Part shown: positions 54,446 through 64,000 of the stretch, piece after piece
How the letters are laid out: each line of letters begins with the position of its first letter
Numbering within the stretch: position 1 is the stretch's first letter
NCBI RefSeq assembly: GCF_006345805.1
Contig: NC_043000.1
Location: forward strand, 85,126,001 to 85,190,000
Reading direction: 5' to 3'
Length of the DNA stretch: 64,000 bases
Source: Octopus sinensis
Taxonomy: Eukaryota
Translations under genes and position numbers: made by a program
The notes under the pieces: model-generated
Seen by the model: only the letters and a program-made list of their open reading frames with translations
Databases searched by the model: none
Told to the model about the DNA's origin: nothing

Positions 54446-54476
<31 letters not shown>

Positions 54477-54521
54477 ATATATATAATATATATATATATA
54501 TATGGGGATGGGGCAAAATTA

Positions 54522-54812
54522 TAGGCGCAAGAGTGGCTGTGTGGTAAGACGCTTGGTTCTGAGTGCAGGTCCACTGCGTGACACCTTTTTCTGTAGGCTC
54601 GAGCCGATCAAAGCTTTGTGGGTGGATTTAACAGACGGAAACTGGAAGAAATTTGTCTTACATGTGTGTGTCTGTGTGTTTGTCGCCCCAGCACAACTGG
54701 TGTTCATGTATTTAACCTAGCGGTTCGGCAAAAAAAAAGTACTGCAGTCGAGTCGTTCGACTAAAATGTCTTGATGTTTGCCAAAGCAGGGTTCACGTCT
54801 GATGACTGAAAC
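54522..54812 (+). mobile_element. SINE family 1, diverged with internal deletions
   Basis: GGCGCAAGAGTGGCTGTGTGGTAAG head through GACTGAAAC tail. Confidence 0.75.
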
Positions 54813-54845
54813 GAAGATAAAATATATAGGTATTCACATATACAT

Positions 54846-54881
<36 letters not shown>

Positions 54882-54954
54882 GTAAACATACACACGTATA
54901 TGTATATATATATATATATATATATACATATAGTATGTAAACATACACGTGTGC

Positions 54955-54999
<45 letters not shown>

Positions 55000-55100
55000 T
55001 ACACACGTATATGTATATATATATATATATATACATATATGTATGTAAACATACACGTGTGCGTGTATATATATATATATATATATGTAAACATACACAC

Positions 55101-55148
<48 letters not shown>

Positions 55149-55809
55149 TATATACATACATACGTTTGCGCGCACACGCATACATACATACATACATACA
55201 TACATACATACATACATACAGCCAACAAGCGATTTATGTCAATTTCTGAAGAATGATAATATAAACGATTTGCAGTTATACATGTATTCTGTGAATATTC
55301 CAAACTTTTCTAAGCTTCCATGCATTCTTTACTCTACCAATTGTAAAGAGCGAAACGCTAACATTCAACACACACACATACACATATTTATATAAATACG
55401 AGTATGTGTGTGTGTGTGTGTGTGTGTGTGTTAACATACATATGTGCTGGTGTTTGTGTCTTCATGTGCGGAAAATCGCTTCAATATAAATTTAATTAAT
55501 CCCGTTCTGTCTCCTCTGACTTTGTACCAATACTAAATCAAATCTTTTTCTTTATCATAGTTATGTCGACACACAGACACAGTCTTTCTCTCCTTCGCAC
55601 TCACTCACTGCTTTCACTCTCCCCCGCCTCTGTCTATCTCTCTCTCTCTCTCGTTCATTCTTCCTCCCTCTTCCCCTCTCACTCATTCCTCACTCCCCCC
55701 GACCCTCACGCACTGACTTCTTAAAGTCATCCCTATACTTCCATGTGGTGGTTGTTTGGTAGTGAATAATTGCTGGTTGACAACCGACGCTCGGACACAG
55801 AAGCTGCGC

Positions 55810-55839
55810 TATATATATATATATATATATATCTATATA

Positions 55840-55910
<71 letters not shown>

Positions 55911-56072
55911 TATATATATAATATATATATATATATTATATATACATATACATATATATATATATACATATATATTATATATACATATATTATATATATA
56001 TATATATACATATATATTATATATACATATATATTATATATAAATATATACATATATATATATACATATATA

Positions 56073-56117
<45 letters not shown>

Positions 56118-56235
56118 TATTATATATACATATAATATATATATACATATATATATATTACATATATATATATATATTATATATATATATATATATATAT
56201 CTATATATATATATACACATACATATATATATATA
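55810..56235. repeat. ~425-bp interrupted (TA)n tract upstream of the cadherin exon
   Basis: Directly visible. Confidence 0.95.
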
Positions 56236-56276
56236 TTGTGGCGGACATACAAATATATGTAAAGATTTAGAAAGTG

Positions 56277-56311
<35 letters not shown>

Positions 56312-56652
56312 ACACACACACACGCACACATGTATGCATTAATATATCTGTGTGTATAGAACGTGTTGAAATGAAAGATCTGAGCAACAGAAGGATTGAG
56401 TGAATGAAAAATAAAGTAGGAGAGAGAGACATGTGAGAGGAAGAGGAGGAGATAAAGAGGGAGGTGTGTGTAAATGAGAGTAGGAGAAGCAGTGAGTGTG
56501 AGGAGGAGAAAGAGAAAGAGAGAAATGTCTTATAGTACGCTGCGTGATTCGCTGCCGCCCTCATATTGAGTAGTTTTAGTGAGAAGCCAGTAATAATAGT
56601 TGGAGAGAGAGAAACCCAAGTAAAAGTAGCTGTCGGTGGTGCTGCTATTTGT

Positions 56653-56676
56653 ATGAAGTCTTTCTTGCCACCTTGA
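56653..56676 (+). promoter_or_regulatory. Candidate upstream ORF MKSFLPP*
   Basis: ATGAAGTCTTTCTTGCCACCTTGA ends 16 nt before the cadherin ATG; relevant only if it lies in the 5' UTR. Confidence 0.35.
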
Positions 56677-56692
56677 CAAAAAAAAAGGGACT

Positions 56693-58139
56693 ATGGCGTC
56701 TCTAAAAATGGCGTTAACCCTCTTATTTTTACATTCCATCGTTGAACTTGTACATTGTGCGTCCCTGAGGTGGATATCTTTACCATACACGGCTCCTCTG
56801 GGCCACCCTGTTACCAAGTTTCCGTGTCACCGCCATACCACAGTGGCAGGAATAAATCTTAATAACTACAACACAGAAAACAAAAAATATGTAGAAACTA
56901 TACAAAATTCAAATGAACTTTCAACACAAGCACAAAAGTTTAAATTAATAGCAACACCGGCCGATAAGAGTATGACGGCGGCTTCACAAAATTCTAACAC
57001 TTCTAAACAACTCTCTGCTTTGTTTTTATTTGACTACACGGACTGTGAATTGCTTACGAATGGCAATTTAAGTTCTTGGCGAGGCTACAATATCTCGCTA
57101 AACCTTACTTTACAAACAACACACTATCACTCTATCGTTCATATTTCAGCTAATCTCTCTAGTATAAAGTTAAAGTTTCATAATGATAATTATTTCGGTT
57201 CTATATTTGAAAACCAACCGTCTGGTACATCTGTTCGGGGCTTACACAATCTTACTGTTGTGGCCGACTTAAAAACTACCTCTTTAGATATTTTACCTGA
57301 ACATATTCACTATCGTATTCTCAGACCGCAAAATGCTAGAAAAACTTTTGACCTTAAGGTTTTGCCTGATGAAACAGTAGGAGTATTCTCTAAAATGTCA
57401 CTTGACCGCGAGAAACGATCATATTACCAATTCCTTATAGAAGCTATTGGACCCCAGGGAAGTTTTGCCACTACAAATATCCGCGTCGATGTTTCAGACC
57501 GCAATGATTCACCTCCCGTCATGAAGAAAAAAAAGTACATAACTATGATCAACGAAAATACCCCTGTCGGTACCCCAATTGTTCAGGTTTCTGCCCATGA
57601 CCCTGACAATTCTAATAGTCGGATTACATATAGTATAGAGAAACACAAACACACAAATCATTTTGCAATAAATCCGTCCAGTGGATTTATTTATGTCACC
57701 AAGTCGCTATATCAAAACATGGATCTTCCTTTACTCAAAGTTCATGCTACAGACGATACTGGACATCGAAGTCGACCATCTCTTGTTAAAATTGGACTAT
57801 ATGGAAAACGTGTGAATCCAATCCGACACATGTCTAATCCCACCCATTTATGGGTACCTTTAGGGGATGATGCAGCTTCCTACTCTTCAATAGTCCAGGT
57901 GAGGAGAAGGAGGGCCTCCGTACCACAAAAAAGCTTTGTCATCTATGAAACCGATACGGGGAGTTTGTTTAATGTATCTGTTCAGGACCCTACATATGCA
58001 TATTCTCTTTTAACCGACACTTCGGGTTGGTTCACGGTTGACTCTACTTCAGGAATTGTTTCTGTTTTACCTGGGAAAAATATAGATGCAGATTTGTACC
58101 AGAATGTTGTTTTAAGTTTCAATATTACCAACGGCGCTA
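56693..58139 (+). CDS. CadN: First coding exon of a neural-cadherin-like (type III classical, DN-cadherin-type) cadherin
   Basis: 482 codons plus 1 nt, then GTAAGT (phase-1 donor at 58140). Signal peptide; ENQPSGTSVRG, LDREKR, DRNDSPP, ENTPVG and AHDPD cadherin motifs; RRRR-A at 57902-57916; then a further cadherin repeat. The motif order matches Drosophila CadN as I recall it; orthology was not computed. Confidence 0.88.
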
Positions 58140-61100
58140 GTAAGTATAAATATAAAAAATATCTTCAAAGTTTGCTAAATATTCTCTGAAATATTGTCGT
58201 TATTTTCATAAATTATTTTATTAATACCAGTATACTTTGTGGGTATGTGTTTTCTAGATAGAATGGTAAGATTTATTTAGAAATAATAGCTTTCTTTTTG
58301 AACGTACTGACAAGAAAAAATATTTTGTGTTACCTTCCCATCAAATAAAAAACAAAGCTGCTTTATGCGGTGTCCCTCCACCTGAAAACCTTACCGTAAT
58401 TAACTTTTTATCAAATGGCACATTCATGCTTTCTAACTGGTTATCCATCCCTAAGTTTAAATACACCTGTCTAATAATATTGAAGTGTGTACAACCTAAA
58501 TTAATATCCGCCGCTTCAGACAAACTAAACAAGGTGAACTCAACACCTACATTTCTTTTTCAGTTACAATATTATTTGTATTTTTCGCTGGGGTTTTTTT
58601 TTTCGTTCTTTTTTTTTTTTTGCATTCCATTCTTCGTGTCAGTTTATAGACATTCCTGTCTGAGACCAGCAGTAGTATATGTGGTCGATATTGTTATTCC
58701 TATTGTCGACACTTATCTCTTCTCGTCTCTATAATTCTTTTACAATTGCTACAGTTATTTACTAATCACAAATACATCGATAAAAAAAGAAAATCATTTT
58801 GTAAAGCTTAAATATATTTATACAATATTATTTGAACATGTTAGACCTTAGAAACAGCACACACACATCAGTTTATCGATCCCACAATTCTGAAACTTCA
58901 ATATAAACTTTCTGTATGTCAGATCTTCGGTCTTAAACTATATTTCCCTTATATATATAAAGTGTTGAAACCCCTAATATGAAGGGTTTTATCTAAAATA
59001 TTTAGAAAGAGAAAGGTTGACGAGTATATAGTAAATGTGTATTTTCCGTTTTGGTCAAGATTAAATCGGTATTATGTCTAATTAAATCTGCTTTAGTGGA
59101 TTAATTTCGTTTATTATTATTATTCAAGTGAAACTGTAGCTAGGACATTTTATAAATAGTAGTTTTATAAATGTCGCGATAATATTAACAAGCAGTCGGT
59201 CTTTTGTTGAATATATATCAGCCCTTGTGTGTGTGTGTGTGTGTAAAAACTACTAATTTAAGATATTGAAAGATTACAATTAATGAACATTCTGTCGGTT
59301 GTAAACGGGAGGGAGAGCGATCGACCTCAAATTCACAACTTCGTTTTAATAGGGAAAAAAAAACGACGGTAAAGTTCTGTGTTCAAAACCTGTTAAGGTC
59401 GATAAAATAATAACCCAGTCTAATTGTGACCTTGTATCTATGATAGAAATCATTGAAATATTGTGCTCATTAATTTATGACTTATCATTTTCCATCTTTT
59501 ATAAAGATGTATACTCGCGCAGCATAAACTTCATTTAAATCTTTCGTTAAATTACTTGTTGACACATTCACATTGTTGTAGATTTTTCTTTTTCAAGTTG
59601 TCTTAGTTTTTAAATAAATTAATTAAACTGTAATCTCAATTAGTTTTATCGATGGAAACAACGTGTTCCAGTAGTGCCGACGCGGCACTATTCACCCGGG
59701 TCCACTTCAGTACAACGGATATTTTCTCCAAACTTGTTGAATGTTTAGACACTTGTTAAGCAATGTTGCGGATGTTGTGACACACACGCAAATGCACACG
59801 TGCATTCAAACTATCGCACACACGAACACACAACCGCACAAACAGACGCCCACTAGTGACAATGATAGAAGCGTCGCGTGGTCACCCTGCTTGCTAGAAA
59901 CAGCAGCCAAATGTCCCTTAACTCATGCAGTATTTCGAAAAGGGAGTAAACTCAAAAGAATATGCAATATAAGAAAATTGAAACCATTATAAGACTAGCC
60001 AGGTCAAACAAAAACGTGATTAATTTTTTTTTTTATGTATTTCGGTTATGAAATTATCCAACAGCTGTACTTCAATGTTTTATTTTAAGTATAAGATATA
60101 CAATTAACACGATTATTAATATTTAGTCAAATAAATCAGCCAGATTGTTCTTGTTTGAGGCTTTGTAACAAGAAATCCTATATTTGTGTATTCTTTTATA
60201 ACTGAACGGTAGAGAGCCCTAAGGTTGTAGCAGGAAGAGGAACGCATGCAACAGGGTGAATTCTACTAAATTATCCCAAGGGCCAAGCACCGAACAACAT
60301 GCTTCCGCCTGCTAATTCTCTGTTGACAGAGCTTTGGACCAGCCGAACATGTAGTAAACACACTTACCCGAGATGCCGCACACGGCGATTGAACCCTGAA
60401 CTTCATAATACATTCTTTTAATCGAGTTCACAGCCGTTGTACGAAGCATCGTCAGATAAATGTAGTTACAGAAGCACCATATATGAAAAAGTCTTGATAT
60501 TCAAACAACAATGGCGGTGCCCCAGCATGACCGGAGTCTATAAGCTTAAACAGGTGAAAGTGTAGACGAGCTAGCACGTACATCGTTACACAAAAACTGA
60601 TGAGCAAACGCACCATCACAAATGTACACACACACACACACACCTTCACCCGGTACACTAGCGCGCACACAAAGTATTTAAACTTTCTCCCATTCTTTGC
60701 ATGCAAGATATGTATTTATAGGTGTGTGTGTGTGTGTGTAGCCTTAGTAACTCGTTTAATTTTGAAGATCCCTTTCCTCTTTCACTTCAATCTATAAAAA
60801 CATCCCTCCACTAATTATTTCTTTGTTTCTTTACATAAAAAGAAAAATATTGTCACGCGCACACACATACACAAGGTGAACATTTTAGCTCAAAGGGCAA
60901 AAATGTCGACCTGAACTCTCTTAAAAGCCTTTATTCTGAAATTAACTCTCATATCATTTAGGAATATCGGTAATCATCTCTCCTCGAGGTTTGTTTTAAA
61001 AATGGATTGCATTTAACAAGTATTCTGTCTACCTCTACTTTTGGGTAACAACTACAACTAACTTTGCCATCGCCTCTAGCAAATATGTCGACCGCTTTTG

Positions 61101-62617
61101 CATTCCACCTACTCTATTCACTTTTTTTTTCTTCTTGTCTGGCCACTCTTACCTGTCTCTTTGTGTCTCCCTCACTATTTCTCTTCTCTTTGTTTCTTCA
61201 TTTCCTCCCTCTATCTCCCCCCTCGTCATGTAGACCTCTCCCTCCCTCCCTCTCTCTCTCTGTCTCACACGGGAAGAACGATCATGCAAGGTTAATTAAT
61301 CTTCATTCTGTTTTTAAAATAGATTTTTCTCCCCATTCCCATCTCACCACACATGATCATACACACACAACAAAAACAACCCTCAAGTATATATATTAAA
61401 ATGGCAACTCACACTCAGGGCTAAATTTTATATTCCCTTCCTATTTAAATATATACTTATGCCGCCGCCACCTCCTTAAAATAGATTTGTATGCTCTCAG
61501 TAAATGATTTTAACGTATTTGCACGACATTCAAAACAAAATATGAATCCTTGAATCCCTGGAATTTTTATCTACATTTTTATTGACTCAAATAGAAATAC
61601 CTGGTTTATTTGACACTGTCTTCACGTGTATCTCTAATATTTGTTGGTTGGATATTAAAAAGATACGAGAGTAGCCTTTATGATTTATTTGCTCGGTTCA
61701 GTTTAGCTCACTGCTCAACTATTTCTAGGACAACACCTGTGTTTAGCATTAGGTTTTAATATTCATTGTAACTGTCAGTTAGTAGCTGCTGGTACACACA
61801 CACACACACACACACATACAGAGGATATTGACTAAAGGATTGGTTATTAAAACAGGTTTTTGTTCGTTTTGTTTGTTTTGATTTTTTTTCAATTCTATTT
61901 CCTTAAAAGGTTGAGTCATAACTATATCTTGTATTGAGGACAGCTTATCATTGAAATGCTTGACAATTTTACCTTTTTGTGTTTGTACTAGGTGGGTGGA
62001 AAGTAATATTTGTCTTAATTACCTTAATCTTAATGTTTGCTGGGACAAAACTTACTAAGTAACGCTGCCATAGTTATTAAACTAAGCCCCTTTTATAATA
62101 GTTGCTGTTGTTTAGCCAGCTTAGTTTGGATCGAGCTAGCCTTCAGCTTTGACTACCACGCCTTCATAATATGTCCAGAATTATACATTGTCCGGTATAC
62201 CAGGATATTGTTACGGGGGTGGGGTCCTGCCAGTATGTCGGATCAGGGTCCAGAAACCTGATTGTCTAACAGGCTTTTCTCTGTAATTAAAAAAAAATTT
62301 AAGCATTCGCAGATTCCTTGAATATTAAAAAGTGAGCCCCATACTCCGGATAAAGTCTTGTTCTGCCTTGTGAAATTTGTGTTAATCTCTCGATCTTTGT
62401 AAGACTGGGTTGAGGGAGATTTGGTTGCAGGTCGATCGGAGGTCCTGATGGATATATCCTTCATAGTAAGATGGTATTATTTGAGGGTAATTTGGCTGCT
62501 TTTACTTGCAGATATTGCTGGGTACCCTCTGTTCTTCGTAGGATGATGTTAGAGGGCGATTTGGCTGCTATTATATGCAGGTCAGTTCTCAATGTGCTTT
62601 GCAGTGTTTAGCTATAG

Positions 62618-62761
62618 CCTCTAGCGTAGCTAGAGTGTGTGCCGCCTGGGGTGGCTCTTTCGTTTGCCGCTCCCGGACCCCACAAAAACCACATTGTCTA
62701 CAGCAGACCCAAAAGTACTACCCCTTTAGAAGTGCCGCTCCCGCCCCAGCTACGCTAATGG
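62618..62761. mobile_element. Small hAT-like MITE in the cadherin intron
   Basis: TAGCGTAGCT ... AGCTACGCTA inverted termini with GCCGCC-type subterminal motifs. Confidence 0.5.
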
Positions 62762-63439
62762 TTACAGCTCTTTATATCGTTGAGTTTAAGTCCTACCAAG
62801 ACCAGCTTTGCTTTCATTCATTCTGCCAGAATCTGTAAAAGTAAGTACCAGTGAAGTACTAGTGTCAAATTAATCAACCAGGCTCTCGGCCCAAATTTGT
62901 AGACGACCTCGTATTAATGTTAAAAATCAATATCTTCAGTGGGAGCTTTTAAACGCTTGGATGGACAGGTGTATAACAAATACAACGCAATTTTATTTAG
63001 AAATGCTAAATACCATGCACTATTTTGTTTTCATCCACCTACTTTCTGAAGTTCAAATCCTTCAGCACTCCATAACGCACTCAATACTCTAATATCAAAA
63101 TAGTTCTTGTTTAACTCAAAGAAGGTCTATGGTCCGAAGTATTCCAGCGACGACTTTTTTTTTTTTTTTTTTTCATGTATATTAAATCTGAAATAAGTGT
63201 AATTTGGGGGAGATTTAGCTATTTCTAGCAGGTCAAACATCTACATATGGACTCCTTTGTTAGCCCTTAATCAACCTGTTTACTTGGCTGTTCTTTTATC
63301 ATCTCTGGGATAGTAAAAAGTTAAATTCCTATCTTCAGTGAGAATTGAACTCTTATATAAATGGGCAAAACTAAATACCACAAAACATTTAGCTCTACCA
63401 GTTTAGCATCCTTATTCAGTTATTATTATTGTTATTCTT

Positions 63440-63985
63440 CTTTTCAACCCTTTCTGATACATTGAATTCACTTCCTGCCAAATGCAATTTTGCTATTCAT
63501 CCTTTCAGGGCCAATAAAAATACCCGTTAAGTATTAGGATTGTTGTATTTGACTGAGCCCCTCCCTCTAAAAATTGCAGGTCTTTTGTTAAAATTTGGTG
63601 GCGAACTGACACTCATTAACACACCAGCCAAAAGGCTTACTGGCATTTCGTCCATCTTTACATCCTGAGTTCAAATACCACTAGGGTCAACTTTGCCTTT
63701 TAACTTTTCAAGATCAATGAAATAAATACCAGTTGACCACATGTCAATGTAATCGACTTAACCGACCCCACTGAAATTTCTGACTTTGTGTACAATTTGA
63801 AACCATTATTATGATGGTGAGCTGGCAGAATTGTTAGCATGCAGGACAAAATACTGAACACCATTTTTATGTTCTGAGTTCAAATTCTGCCAAGATCGAC
63901 TTCACCTTTCATCTTTTCAGGGTTGACTAGCACTCCCATAAAATTTCAGGCTTTGTACATATTGTGGAAAGTATTATTTGGAATG
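63440..63985 (+). mobile_element. Three tandem decayed family 3 SINEs in the cadherin intron
   Basis: Repeated GAGTTCAAAT / CTTTCATCCTTTCAGGG / AAATTTCAGG segments. Confidence 0.7.
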
Positions 63986-64000
63986 TGAGCTAACAGAATC

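Noticed and set aside
58140-58189. Last 16 codons of the 498-aa ORF
   Set aside because: They follow a GTAAGT donor and break the cadherin repeat; treated as intron read-through.
58190-64000. Second cadherin exon
   Set aside because: No DxNDxxPxF-type continuation was found in any + frame I could read; the intron probably extends beyond the window.

Overview
Eukaryotic, AT-rich DNA saturated with microsatellites and transposons. The SINE families, (TA)n/(CA)n/(TACA)n density and LINE content point to an octopod cephalopod (inference from recognised repeat types, not a database hit). One host gene is supported: a 1447-nt first coding exon (56693-58139, +) of a DN-cadherin-like (type III classical) cadherin, with signal peptide, prodomain cadherin repeats, an RRRR furin site and a GTAAGT donor. 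I found no second exon. The ~56 kb upstream holds at least four tRNA-type SINE families, three mariner derivatives (one full length), a pogo fragment, two Helitrons, LINE fragments (RTE, Tx1/L1, CR1-like, CRE, R4/Dong), Penelope-like elements (PLEs), several foldback elements (two carrying telomere-like TTAGGG repeats) and a 1.5-kb tandem duplication. The most interesting signal is about ten type-I hammerhead ribozyme folds at PLE-type 3' ends next to (TA)n. They include canonical cores and recurrent non-canonical cores (G3-C8 swap, U6, C4). All folds were read by eye and none is experimentally validated. Most short ORFs in the supplied track are microsatellite artefacts.
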